DNA of 64,000 nt from an uncultured Planctomycetota bacterium (GTDB taxonomy: Bacteria; Planctomycetota; Phycisphaerae; Sedimentisphaerales; Anaerobacaceae): contig CAVOUO010000020.1 of NCBI GenBank assembly GCA_963699595.1, positions 34,301 to 98,300 on the forward strand, in the 5' to 3' direction. The notes beneath the pieces are model-generated. The model searched no databases and was not told where the DNA came from. It was given only the letters and a program-made list of their open reading frames with translations. Position numbers and translations under genes: made by a program. Shown one piece after another: positions 18,996 through 30,736 of the stretch; positions within the stretch are counted from its first letter, which is position 1; the number at the start of each line of letters is the position of its first letter.

Positions 18996-19496
18996 ATGAG
19001 TAAGCCGAAGGTGGTTCTTGTCGGCAATCCGAATGTGGGAAAGAGCGTTCTGTTCCATAACCTCACGGGGGTGTACGCGACCGTGTCGAACTATCCGGGC
19101 ACGACGGTGGAAGTCGCCCGGGGCCTCGGCCGGGTCGACGCGCGCGAGTTCGAGGTCATCGACACGCCGGGGATGTACGCCCTGATGCCGATTTCCGAGG
19201 AAGAGCGGGTAGCCCGGAACATCATTCTGGAGGAAAGCCCGTCCGTCGTTCTGCAGGTGGTCGACGCCAAGAACCTGGAACGGATGCTGGGTCTGACGCT
19301 CCAACTTGTCGAGGCCGGCCTGCCCCTGATTTTGGTATTGAATATGATGGATGAACTGCGGGCTCTCGGCACGCGGATCAACATCGGCATCCTGGAGAAG
19401 CGTCTCCGTATTCCGGTGGTCCCGGTCATCGCCACCGACGGCGAAGGTATGGATCTGTTGAAACAGAGGATTCTGGATTATGTCGGGAAGTCTTGA
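18996..19496 (+). CDS. feoB: FeoB N-terminal GTPase (G) domain, as a separate ORF
   Basis: MSKPKVVLVGNPNVGKSVLFHNLTG (G1), YPGTTVE (G2), DTPGMY (G3), LNMMD (G4). It stops at 19494-19496 and overlaps the next ORF by 17 nt. Confidence 0.85.
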   Translation: MSKPKVVLVGNPNVGKSVLFHNLTGVYATVSNYPGTTVEVARGLGRVDAREFEVIDTPGMYALMPISEEERVARNIILEESPSVVLQVVDAKNLERMLGLTLQLVEAGLPLILVLNMMDELRALGTRINIGILEKRLRIPVVPVIATDGEGMDLLKQRILDYVGKS

Positions 19497-20949
19497 GGTC
19501 CAAACCCCTCTCCAGGATACGAGCGGGTCGGCGCTGGACCGTGCCGTGGCGCAGATCGAAGGTCTGCTGGCGGGCCGGTATGTGCTGTCGAAGCGGGCGA
19601 TCGCTCTGCTGCTGCTCCAGGACGATGAGCAGATTCGAGATCTGGTCCAGGCCCGAGATGCACGGGCCTATGAACAGATCGAGCGGCTTACCGCGGCAGC
19701 CAAGCAGTCCTACAGCGATCCTCTGGACTACGTTATTGCGATGCGCCGGCAACAGAAGATCAATGAGCTTCTCCGGGGTGCGATCGAGCCGGCGGGGGTC
19801 CGCAGGGGCAGCCTCACGGAGACACTGAGCCGCTGGACCATGCACCCGGCGACGGGGATTCCGATCCTCCTGCTGGTGCTTTACCTGGGGTTGTACAAGT
19901 TTGTGGGCCAGTTCGGCGCGGGCACCGTGGTAGATTTCCTCGAAAGCCATTTGTTCGACAGGCACATCAATCCGTTCCTGACCGAGGTGGTGGGGAGACT
20001 CACCTCCCAGCCGGCGCTGCGCGACCTGTTCGTCGGTGAGTACGGGGTCTTTACGCTGGGCCTGCGTTATGCCGTGGGGATTATTCTGCCGATTGTCACC
20101 GTCTTTTTCCTGATGTTCTCCGTCATCGAGGACGTGGGTTACCTGCCGCGGCTGGCGATGCTGATCGATCGGTTGTTCAAAAAGATCGGGCTGAGCGGCC
20201 GGGCGGTGATTCCCATGGTGTTGGGCCTGGGCTGCGACACGATGGCGACGATGGTGACCCGGACGCTGCCGACCCGGCGGGAGCGTTTCATCGCCACGAT
20301 GCTGCTGGCCCTGGCGGTGCCGTGCTCGGCGCAGCTCGGCGTGATCCTGGCGCTCCTGCACGGGCACCGGCTCGCGCTGGCCGTCTGGGCCGGCGTGATT
20401 GCTGCGGTCTTTCTGTTCGTGGGGTATCTGGCTTCGAAGCTGCTGCCCGGCACGCCGCCCATGTTCTACATGGAGGTTCCGCCGCTGCGGTTGCCCAAGG
20501 TGTCGAATATCTTCATCAAGACGTATACACGGGTGGTATGGTACCTGAAGGAGATCGTGCCGATCTTTATCGTGGCCAGCGTGCTGATCTGGATTGGGCA
20601 GGTGACGGGCCTCTTCGATTGGTGCATCGGCCTGTTGAAATATCCGGTTCAACTGATGGGGTTGCCGGTGGAGGCGGCCAGCGTGTTCTTGCTGGGCTTC
20701 TTCCGGCGGGATTACGGTGCGGCGGGACTGTACGACCTGAACGACGCCGGGGCGCTCACAGGCGTGCAATTGGTCGTGGCCTCCGTGGCCCTGACACTGT
20801 TCCTGCCGTGCATCGCGCAACTGCTGATGAACATCAAGGAACGCGGCATCAAAACGGGACTGCTGATCTCGGCGATCACGCTGCTTTTTTCCTTCGGGGT
20901 CGCCTTCACCCTGAACGCGGTCCTGCAGGCCGTGGGGGCGGTGCTATGA
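19480..20949 (+). CDS. feoB: FeoB helical (GDI-like) plus membrane permease domains
   Basis: Intact 489 aa starting at ATG 19480. Sequence includes THPATGIPILLLVLYLGLYKFVG, VFTLGLRYAVGIILPIVTVFFLMFSVIEDVGYLPRLAMLIDRLFKKIGLSGRAVIPMVLGLGCDTMA, LFLPCIAQLLMNIKERG. Confidence 0.85.
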   Translation: MSGSLEVQTPLQDTSGSALDRAVAQIEGLLAGRYVLSKRAIALLLLQDDEQIRDLVQARDARAYEQIERLTAAAKQSYSDPLDYVIAMRRQQKINELLRGAIEPAGVRRGSLTETLSRWTMHPATGIPILLLVLYLGLYKFVGQFGAGTVVDFLESHLFDRHINPFLTEVVGRLTSQPALRDLFVGEYGVFTLGLRYAVGIILPIVTVFFLMFSVIEDVGYLPRLAMLIDRLFKKIGLSGRAVIPMVLGLGCDTMATMVTRTLPTRRERFIATMLLALAVPCSAQLGVILALLHGHRLALAVWAGVIAAVFLFVGYLASKLLPGTPPMFYMEVPPLRLPKVSNIFIKTYTRVVWYLKEIVPIFIVASVLIWIGQVTGLFDWCIGLLKYPVQLMGLPVEAASVFLLGFFRRDYGAAGLYDLNDAGALTGVQLVVASVALTLFLPCIAQLLMNIKERGIKTGLLISAITLLFSFGVAFTLNAVLQAVGAVL

Positions 20950-21137
20950 AATGCGCGTTGTGCGGACATGACTTTGACGAGACCCAGGCCCAGGCGGCCT
21001 GCGCCGGGTGCCCCCTGGCCCAGGGGTGCAAACGCCTCCGGTGCCCCAATTGCGGGTACGAGACCCTCCCGGAGCCGGCCTGGCTGAGAAAGCTTTTCGA
21101 CAGGAGAAAACGAGATGATGCTGACAGAAAGGGCTGA
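20946..21137 (+). CDS. Small Cys-rich zinc-ribbon-like protein, translationally coupled to feoB (ATGA overlap)
   Basis: MKCALCGHDFDETQAQAACAGCPLAQGCKRLRCPNCGYETLPEP has four CxxC-type pairs. The ATG at 20946 overlaps the feoB TGA at 20947-20949. Confidence 0.5.
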   Translation: MKCALCGHDFDETQAQAACAGCPLAQGCKRLRCPNCGYETLPEPAWLRKLFDRRKRDDADRKG

Positions 21138-21750
21138 GGAAATCCTGGAAACGCTCTGGGTGGAGACGGTGGAGAACCAGCGCATGCCGGATCTTTCCGT
21201 ATTGAGAAACGATACGGCGTTTCGGGAACTTGTGGAACAGGGCTATCTGTCTGTGCAAGCCGAGACCCGTTTGACGTCCAAGGGGCTCGACGAGGGCCGG
21301 CTCTGTGTCCGGCGGCATCGCCTCGCCGAAAGGCTGTTTGCGGATGTCCTCAACGTCAAGTCCGCCCTGGTGCACGAGGCGGGATGCAAACTCGAACACA
21401 TTCTGCACAAGGGCCTGGAGGACAATATCTGTATCCTCCTGGGACATCCGGAGACGTGTCCCCACGGCAAACCCATTCCCAGCGGGGCCTGCTGCCGGAG
21501 CCGGAGGCGCAAGTTCGAGAGCGTGGTGATGCCGTTGTCGGAGATGAAGAAGGGCCAAAAGGGCAAGATCGCGTATATCCGCACCAATGACCGGGAGACG
21601 TTGAGGAAGATCATGGCGATGGGTGCTCTGCCGGGCTCGGCGGTGACATTGCTCTTGCACTTCCCGTCCCCGGTATTCCAGATCGGGGAGAGCCAGTTCG
21701 CCATCGATGCGGACATGGCGGAGAAAATCCGCGTGTGGGTCTCGACGTAA
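21115..21750 (+). CDS. DtxR-family metal-dependent regulator with C-terminal FeoA/SH3-like domain
   Basis: RRHRLAERLFADVLNVK...HEAGCKLEHILHKGLEDNICILLGHPETCPHGKPIP is the DtxR dimerisation/metal-binding domain. MPLSEMKKGQKGKIAYIRTNDRETLRKIMAMGALPGSAVTLLLHFPSPVFQIGESQFAID is FeoA-like. Confidence 0.75.
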   Translation: MMLTERAEEILETLWVETVENQRMPDLSVLRNDTAFRELVEQGYLSVQAETRLTSKGLDEGRLCVRRHRLAERLFADVLNVKSALVHEAGCKLEHILHKGLEDNICILLGHPETCPHGKPIPSGACCRSRRRKFESVVMPLSEMKKGQKGKIAYIRTNDRETLRKIMAMGALPGSAVTLLLHFPSPVFQIGESQFAIDADMAEKIRVWVST

Positions 21751-21844
21751 AGCAATAGGATATAGTCCTACCAGCGGGAGTTGTTCCGCGTTTGCCTTGC
21801 TCCGTGCCGTGATGCTCCCGCCTTTGCGAAGAAGGAGTGTGTGC

Positions 21845-22669
21845 ATGAGCCATAGGCTGTTTGGAATCGTTGCGACGCTTTTGCTCGCGTATGCGAGCGT
21901 ACCTTCCGGGGCCCAGGAGGTCCGGAAGCTCCAGGACAACTCTTTCCTGCTCGAAGAGGCCTACAATCAGGAGGATGGCGTCATCCAACACATCCAAGCC
22001 TTCCAGTACCTGGAAGGGGGGGACTGGGCCTATACGTTCACGCAGGAATGGCCCGTGCCGACGCAGAAGCACCAGTTTTCCTATACCATCCCCTATCTGC
22101 AACTCCACGACGACGGCCAGTCGCGCACCGGTTTCACGGATGTCTTCCTGAATTACCGCTATCAAGCCGTGCTGAAAGGCCCGGTGGCGTTCGCTCCGCG
22201 TGTTTCCCTGATCGCGCCCACCGGAGACCGCAAGGAAGGGCTGGGAACCGACGCCTGGGGCGTGCAGGGCAACTTGCCTCTGAGCCTGGAGCTGGGGGCC
22301 AGATGGGTGACTCACTGGAACTTCGGGGCCACTTTTCTTCCCGGCGCCACAAGTCCCGATGGCACGCAGGCCGACCTTACGTGGATCAATTACGGCGCGA
22401 GCGTGATCTACCTGGTCGACGACCATTTCAATCTGATGCTGGAGGTCGCCGGCTGGACCAACGATCGGTTTGGCGACACAGGAGAAGTCGAGAAAGAGCA
22501 CATGTTCTTCCTGAACCCCGGGATGCGTTACGCCATCGACGTAGACTCCGGGCTCCAGATCGTTCCCGGCTTGAGTTTCCCCATCGGCGTCGGTCCCTCT
22601 GCGGGGGACTTCGGGGTCTTCCTGTACCTGTCCTTTGAGCATCCCCTCTTCCAGCCCAAGGCCCGGTGA
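21845..22669 (+). CDS. Outer-membrane beta-barrel protein (MetA-pathway/transporter-family-like)
   Basis: Signal peptide MSHRLFGIVATLLLAYASVPSGAQE. The sequence has alternating-hydrophobicity strands and a terminal aromatic-rich strand FGVFLYLSFEHPLF. The family assignment is by resemblance only. Confidence 0.5.
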   Translation: MSHRLFGIVATLLLAYASVPSGAQEVRKLQDNSFLLEEAYNQEDGVIQHIQAFQYLEGGDWAYTFTQEWPVPTQKHQFSYTIPYLQLHDDGQSRTGFTDVFLNYRYQAVLKGPVAFAPRVSLIAPTGDRKEGLGTDAWGVQGNLPLSLELGARWVTHWNFGATFLPGATSPDGTQADLTWINYGASVIYLVDDHFNLMLEVAGWTNDRFGDTGEVEKEHMFFLNPGMRYAIDVDSGLQIVPGLSFPIGVGPSAGDFGVFLYLSFEHPLFQPKAR

Positions 22670-22733
22670 CGGCCTTGAACGGGAATCCTGGAGTAATGAC
22701 CTACTGAATCGCTGGGGTATCTCGCCCCCCAGC

Positions 22734-22760
22734 CAATTGGCTTTGTTTCGCACGATTGCC
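22734..22760 (+). repeat. Isolated copy of the 25-nt AATTGGSTTTGTTTCGCACGATTG motif
   Basis: ccaattggctttgtttcgcacgattgcc matches the six copies arrayed at 31611-32018. Confidence 0.7.
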
Positions 22761-22972
22761 CGTCGTGCCTTCGGCCAGACTGGCCTGGATGAGCGTCCCG
22801 GCGGCCTGCTTGAAGGGCGAATGAACGATGCCGATGGGCTTCACTTCCAGACTCATGGACTGCCAATCCCTTCTCTTGTGCTCGCCCGGAACTCAGTCCG
22901 GCATGAATAGGCGGCTACCGTGACCTTCGCGCCAATCATTGCGTGCCTCCGTTCTTGAACACCAATAGGAGA

Positions 22973-23003
22973 CTGCGGGCGACGGTTCCTCTGCCGCCCG
23001 CAG
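22973..23003 (-). terminator. GC-rich hairpin downstream of katG (candidate terminator)
   Basis: ctgcgggcg (22973-22981) and cgcccgcag (22995-23003) form a perfect 9-bp stem. It lies 47 nt past the katG stop and is followed on the minus strand by a T-rich stretch, tctcctatt. Confidence 0.4.
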
Positions 23004-23049
23004 TGTGAATGATACCAGTCAGAAGCCCTCCATGACGTTCACGCTACGA

Positions 23050-25796
<2,747 letters not shown>

Positions 25797-25805
25797 TTTT
25801 GGCCC

Positions 25806-25838
25806 TTTCTTAAATCGTAACCATTACGATTTAAGAAA
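25806..25838. promoter_or_regulatory. Perfect 33-bp palindrome (15-bp arms, 3-nt centre), candidate Fur/PerR-type operator
   Basis: TTTCTTAAATCGTAA-CCA-TTACGATTTAAGAAA lies 10 nt upstream of the fur-like start codon (25796, minus strand). Confidence 0.55.
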
Positions 25839-26039
25839 TACCAGGCAACCGGTGGGGCGGTTCAAGAATCTTTCCGCCCGCTCGATATATTTTTTTCTCT
25901 GCCCGACCGTAAGGTTCGAGAGGCAAGCCCCACAACGGGCCCCTGCCGCCGTGTCGCGAGCCCGTACCCAAGTCGGTCTTGATCCAGCCCACCGGTGCGC
26001 ATCGTTCATGCGGCGGATTCCCAGGACGATGACGAGCGC

Positions 26040-26450
26040 TCAAAACTCGACATCGGCATGACCGGCAGCACGTTCGAGTTCGATAAAGGCCTTGGCGGCG
26101 TCGGCCAGAGCCCCGGTGTAGCCGGCGCGGACTTCCGCCGCCGCACGCTGGGCTTCGAGCACCTCGAGCAGGGTGGATTGACCGCGTTGATAGCTGAAGC
26201 GGCGGGCGTCGAGCACGGCTTCGGCATCCTGCAGGATGCCGCCCCGATAGCGGGTCAGCCGATCCAATCCGCTACGGTAGGCGAGATGGGCTTGGCGTAG
26301 CTGCACCTGGGCCTTCAACTCAGCCGCCTCAAGCTGTTTCTGAGCTTGGCCTGCGGTGTGCCGGGCGGCGGCGATGCCGGCACGATTCTGATTCCACAGC
26401 GGCAGGGGCAACGAGAAACTCAGAGTCACCTGGTCGAAACTGGGCGTGGG
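26040..26450 (-). pseudogene. C-terminal fragment of a TolC/NodT-type outer-membrane efflux protein
   Basis: LSFSLPLPLWNQNRAGIAAARHTAGQAQKQLEAAELKAQVQLRQAHLAYRSGLDRLTRYRGGILQDAEAVLDARRFSYQRGQSTLLEVLEAQRAAAEVRAGYTGALADAAKAFIELERAAG. There is no matching N-terminal half; upstream the ORF becomes antisense of the barrel fragment. Confidence 0.7.
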
Positions 26451-26474
26451 GTCCACAGGGTGATTCAAGGCCAC

Positions 26475-26825
26475 GGGGCCACTTTTCTTCCCGGCGCCAC
26501 AAGTCTCGGTGGCGCACGGGCCGACCTCACGTCGATCAATTACGGCGCGAGCGTGATCTACTTGGCCGATGACCATTTCAATCTGATGCCGGAGGCCGCC
26601 GGCCGGACCAACGATCGGTTTGGCGACACAGGAGAAGTCGAGAAAGAGCACTTGTTCTTCCTGAACCCCGGGATGCGTTACGCCATCGACGTAGACTCCG
26701 GGCTCCAGATCGTTCCCGGCTTGAGTTTCCCCATCGGCATCGGTCCTTCGGCCGGGGAATTCGGAGTCTTTCTGTATCTCTCCTTTGAGCATCCCCTTTT
26801 CAAACCCAAGGACTCGTCTCGCTGA
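26475..26825 (+). pseudogene. 3-prime fragment (about 115 codons) duplicated from the OM beta-barrel gene at 22325-22669
   Basis: DNA is collinear with 22325-22669 at roughly 90 percent identity by eye (ggggccacttttcttcccggcgccacaagtc...). Protein reads ...INYGASVIYLADDHFNLM...FGDTGEVEKEHLFFLNPGMRYAIDVDSGLQIVPGLSFPIGIGPSAGEFGVFLYLSFEHPLF. Confidence 0.8.
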
Positions 26826-26924
26826 ATCCGAGAAGACTTTTTGGTCTGAATGAACGGCGAGAGAGACCCCGCAGAAGAAACTGATCCGGCTGCCATACTG
26901 TCCGCGCGAAATGACTTTTCAGCG

Positions 26925-27353
26925 TCAGCCGGGGTGTTCGATACGTCCGAAGCCTCGGTGGAGAGACAAATGCGGACGGCGCGAGAAGGCCCGTGTCGCG
27001 CGCTCAAATACTCCGGAAACAAAGGACTGGAGTTGGAACTGAGGTTGGCGTTTCGCGCGGCGTCGCGATCGGGAGGCTGGGACGCGGGACGCTTCGGCAG
27101 GCTTCTCGGGATAGTTCAGCGCCACGATCAGGGCGCCGGCGGAGGCTCCGGCGGAGTAACACACCGCCAGCAGCCAGTTATTGGTCCGGATGAAATTCGA
27201 CAGTACCCACAATCCCAAAAGATTTTCGATAAAGACAATGCAGACGAGGACGGTCTTCTCCCCGCGTGCGCACGCCAAGGTACGCCGCAACGCGAGATAC
27301 CATTCGCCGCAGCCTACAGTCAGGTAAAGGATCATCGCCAGGAGGAGGTTCAT
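26925..27353 (-). CDS. Small membrane protein, DUF5698/UPF0316-like N-terminal domain; C-terminal extent doubtful
   Basis: MNLLLAMILYLTVGCGEWYLALRRTLACARGEKTVLVCIVFIENLLGLWVLSNFIRTNNWLLAVCYSAGASAGALIV resembles the TxRTIxxxRG...FxE...aY..G pattern of UPF0316 proteins. The last ~55 residues are Arg-rich and may not be real. Confidence 0.4.
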   Translation of the reverse strand: MNLLLAMILYLTVGCGEWYLALRRTLACARGEKTVLVCIVFIENLLGLWVLSNFIRTNNWLLAVCYSAGASAGALIVALNYPEKPAEASRVPASRSRRRAKRQPQFQLQSFVSGVFERATRAFSRRPHLSLHRGFGRIEHPG

Positions 27354-27623
27354 AGTCTTCCTCCTTTCCGGCGTCCCACCAAACCAGGATGTCCTGCATC
27401 GTCTTCATAATTCAAGTATACCAGATCATTGGCCCCGCCGCAAGGCCCGGAGCCGTCCGTTCACTCTCTGTTGATCGTAACTTCTTGTTTCTGAAAGAGT
27501 TACGAACATTTCCGGGGAGCCGTCGCGACCCCGCGCTCCTCGTACGTTCGCAGCCGTCGCTTATGGCAAAGCGACCCTTACTGCCACATTATCTTATTTA
27601 CGTCGGGCGGGCGCGACGTGTTC

Positions 27624-28574
27624 TCACGGGCGGTTCTGTGCGCGAAACCAGGCGACGAAGCGTGCGAGGCCCATCTGGATACTGGTAGAGGGCTTGTAGC
27701 CAAGCTGGATTTCAGCTTTCGTGATATCGGCATAGGTTCGCTCGACATCACCAGGCTGGGGGGGCAGGTATTTCCTTATGGCTTTCTTGCCGAGGGCGTT
27801 TTCCAACTCCGTGATGAGATCGGTGACGCTGATCGGCTGGGACTCGCCGAGGTTGTAGATCTGGTAGTCGGTGCACTGGTCGATGGCGGCCATGACGCCG
27901 TCGAGGATGTCGTCGATGTAGGTGAAATCCCGCATCATCGTGCCGTCGCCGAAGACGGGGATGGGTTTTCCCTCCTCGATCAGCCGCGCGAATTTGTGGA
28001 TGGCCAGGTCCGGCCGCTGGCGGGGACCGTAGACCGTGAAGAACCGCAGGCAGTTGATCGCAATCCCGTAGAGGTGGTGGTAGGTGTGGCAGATCAGCTC
28101 GCCCGCCTTCTTGGTCGCGGCGTAGGGCGAGATGGGGAAATCCACGTTGTCCTCTTCCGAGAAGGGGACCTTCTCATTGTTGCCGTAGACACTGGAACTC
28201 GACGCGAAAATGAAGCGGCCGATCTGGCGTTGCCGGGCGACCTCCAGCAGCGCAACGGTCCCATTGATGTTGACATCCATGTAGAGCACCGGCTCGGCGA
28301 TCGAAGGCCGGACACCGGCTCGCGCGGCCAGATGGACAATCACGTCGGTGTCCCCCTCAAGGGCCTTCTCCATCGCGGCCTTGTCACGGATATCGGCCTC
28401 GACGAGTCGGAAATTGGGATTCGACAGGCAGCCGGCAAGGTTGCTTCGTTTGACGCGCGGGTCATAGAACGTGTCGAAGTTGTCCACTCCGGTGACCGTC
28501 CAGCCGTCCCGCAGAAGCCGCTCGCTCAGATGAGAACCGATGAACCCCGCCGCCCCGGTTACCAGTGCTTTCAT
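27624..28574 (-). CDS. NAD-dependent sugar-nucleotide epimerase/dehydratase (UDP-glucuronate 4-epimerase-like)
   Basis: MKALVTGAAGFIGSHLSERLL, SSSSVYG, YAATKKAGE, RFFTVYGPRQRPDLAIHKF. Intact 316 aa. Confidence 0.85.
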   Translation of the reverse strand: MKALVTGAAGFIGSHLSERLLRDGWTVTGVDNFDTFYDPRVKRSNLAGCLSNPNFRLVEADIRDKAAMEKALEGDTDVIVHLAARAGVRPSIAEPVLYMDVNINGTVALLEVARQRQIGRFIFASSSSVYGNNEKVPFSEEDNVDFPISPYAATKKAGELICHTYHHLYGIAINCLRFFTVYGPRQRPDLAIHKFARLIEEGKPIPVFGDGTMMRDFTYIDDILDGVMAAIDQCTDYQIYNLGESQPISVTDLITELENALGKKAIRKYLPPQPGDVERTYADITKAEIQLGYKPSTSIQMGLARFVAWFRAQNRP

Positions 28575-28589
28575 GCCTCTGTCACTCCC

Positions 28590-28703
28590 GGGAACAATGG
28601 AATAATGGAATGTTGGAATACTGGAATATTGGGCAGCGTGCGGATCGCGTCCTCGTTATTCCATTGTTCCCATCATTCCAATATTCCAATGCTCCACCAT
28701 TCC
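28590..28703. repeat. Large imperfect palindrome built from GGAATA/TGGAAT units; it fills the epimerase-galU spacer
   Basis: gggaacaatggaataa (28590-28605) is the exact complement of ttattccattgttccc (28656-28671). ggaatattgg pairs with ccaatattcc. A related direct segment lies at 31778-31822. Confidence 0.7.
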
Positions 28704-28714
28704 GATCCTGTCGG

Positions 28715-29584
28715 TCACGTTATCCTCTCCGCCAACTGCTTGATGAACTGGCGCAGGTCCTCCGCCATGTCGTCACGCTTCAGCGCGAATTCGATATTTG
28801 TCCGGATGAATCCCTCTTTGTTGCCGATGTCACAGCGCTTGCCGTCGAGCTTGAGGCCGTAGACCGGCCGGCTCCGGACCAGGGCCTTGAGGGCTTCGGT
28901 GAGCTGGATTTCGCCGTCCTGGCTGGGCTTCGTGTTCTCGATGAGGCCGAAGATGTCCGGCGTCAGCAGGTATCGTCCGGCGATGACGAGGTTGGAGGGC
29001 GCCTTCTCCGGCTTGGGTTTCTCGACGAAATCCCGGATGCGATAGACGCCGGGCCGCACCTCCTCGCCGTCGATGACGCCGTAGAGACTCACCTTCCTGG
29101 GCTCCACCTCTTCGAGCAGAATGACCGGCTGCTGGAGCTCCTCGAACAACTCGACCATCTGGGCCGCGGCGGGCTTGGCCGAGTCGATGACCGTGTCGCC
29201 GAGCAGGACGACGAAAGGCTCGTCGTGGATGTGGTAGCGGGCATAATGGACGGCGTCGCCGAGGCCCCGCATCTCCTTCTGCCAGACGAAGTGAATGTCG
29301 GCCAGCTCCGAGATGCGGCGCATGGCCTGCAATTCCGCCATCTTGCCCTTCGCTTCCAGTTGGCTCTCGAGCTGGAAGCTGCGGTCGAAATGCTCCTCGA
29401 TGGAGCGCTTGCCCGCGCCGATGATCATGAGCAGATCGGTGATGCCCGCCTGGACCGCCTCCTCCACGACGTATTGGATCACGGGCGTGTCGACAATCGG
29501 CAGCATCTCCTTCGGCTGCGACTTCGTGGCCGGGAGAAAGCGGGTGCCGAATCCGGCGGCGGGAATGACGGCTTTGCGAATCAT
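28715..29584 (-). CDS. galU: UTP--glucose-1-phosphate uridylyltransferase (GalU-type UDP-sugar pyrophosphorylase)
   Basis: MIRKAVIPAAGFGTRFLPATKSQPKEMLPIVDTPVIQYVVEEAVQAGI...GLGDAVHYA...VEKPKPEKAPSNLVIAGRYLL. The ATG at 29584 overlaps the upstream stop (ATGA). Confidence 0.85.
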   Translation of the reverse strand: MIRKAVIPAAGFGTRFLPATKSQPKEMLPIVDTPVIQYVVEEAVQAGITDLLMIIGAGKRSIEEHFDRSFQLESQLEAKGKMAELQAMRRISELADIHFVWQKEMRGLGDAVHYARYHIHDEPFVVLLGDTVIDSAKPAAAQMVELFEELQQPVILLEEVEPRKVSLYGVIDGEEVRPGVYRIRDFVEKPKPEKAPSNLVIAGRYLLTPDIFGLIENTKPSQDGEIQLTEALKALVRSRPVYGLKLDGKRCDIGNKEGFIRTNIEFALKRDDMAEDLRQFIKQLAERIT

Positions 29585-30601
29585 GCTTTGGCGTTTCCTG
29601 TCCCGGGGACGATCTTGGGTTTGATGACCGTGATATTCAGCTTGCGCAGCGTCTTGCGCAATTCCGCGAACATGCGCTCGTCCGCATAGGCGCCGACGAT
29701 GGCCCCGCCGGAGCCGGTGAACGTGGCGCTGGCGCCGGTGGAACGGGCGGTCTCGACCATCCGGATATTGTCGCTGCTGATCTGATAGATTTGCCGGCGC
29801 TTGTCGAAGCCGGCGTTGAGCAGACTGCCGATCTTGTCGAGGTGGCCGTCGAGCAGGCACTGCTCGGCCTTGTCGGTCAGATCGGCCCAGAAGCGCATCG
29901 CATTGACGACCTTCTGCTCGCCCTGCTCGAAGCGCTGACGGATGTTGTTGTGGAATACCTCCGTCGGCTCGCTCAGATCGTCGCGATAGGCGACATAGAG
30001 TTTGGGCAGCAGGCGGGGATCCAGCGGCTCGTAACTGCCGTACCCCTGCTTTTCCATGATCTCCTTGGCGAAGTCCATGTAGACCAGGCCCTCGTAGACC
30101 TGGATGACACGATCCTGCAGTCCGGCGGGAATCCGCAACTCGCCGGCCTCGGCCGCCAGGACCAGGTTGGCCTGGATGTACTTGGGAATGCTGACCCCGT
30201 AGAAGGCCATCAGGGCCCGCAGGCACGCCGTGATGATGGCGCTGGAGCCGGCCAGGCCCACGCCGTGCGGAATGTCCGAGCTGTAGCGGATCGTGAAGTT
30301 CTTGTTGTGCAGCTCGATCTGGTTTTCCTGGCAGTAGTCGTAGAACTTCTTGACCGTGGCCTTCAGGAGGCGGACCCCGCCGTAGTAGCCGTGCAGCCGC
30401 ACGTCCTTCACGAGGGCCGTGATGCTGTCGAAGCAGGAGCGATCCTTCTCGCTGGGCAGGATCTCCAGCTCCGGCGTCTCGTACAGAACGACCTCCGCGC
30501 GGAAGTTGCTGAAGGCGAACGGAGATCGTCTTGCCGAAGTATCCGTCCGAGGGGTTTCCCACCAGTCCGGCTCTCGGATACGCCTTGGTTCGAATGATCA
30601 C
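29581..30601 (-). pseudogene. GHMP-family sugar kinase (glucuronokinase-like); one 1-nt insertion near 30518
   Basis: N-terminus MIIRTKAYPRAGLVGNPSDGYFGKTIS (frame of 28715..30601), then FAFSNFRAEVVLYETPELEILPSEKDRSCFDSITALVKDVRLHGYYGG...IPHGVGLAGSSAIITACL (GHMP motif II)...STGASATFTGSGGAIVG (motif III). Confidence 0.75.
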
Positions 30602-30736
30602 GCCAGAACCCTCCGTAGAGAACTATGGTTCTTGCTGCCGCACACGCTCCCGGCCACGGCACAAAACGACCGCTATCAATCCAAATCGGCTGATTCGCGG
30701 CCCCAGTTTAGACACGCCGCCGGCCCTGTGCAAGAG

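Noticed and set aside
19470-19500. Programmed ribosomal frameshifting as the explanation for the feoB split, and for other broken genes
   Set aside because: There are no slippery heptamers or downstream structures at the junctions I reconstructed. The breaks occur in dozens of unrelated genes at non-homologous positions. Indels are the simpler explanation.
26040-26792. 250-aa ORF on the minus strand read as one gene
   Set aside because: Only the C-terminal ~135 residues are TolC-like. The N-terminal part is the antisense reading of the duplicated barrel fragment. It is therefore a chimeric open frame, not a gene.
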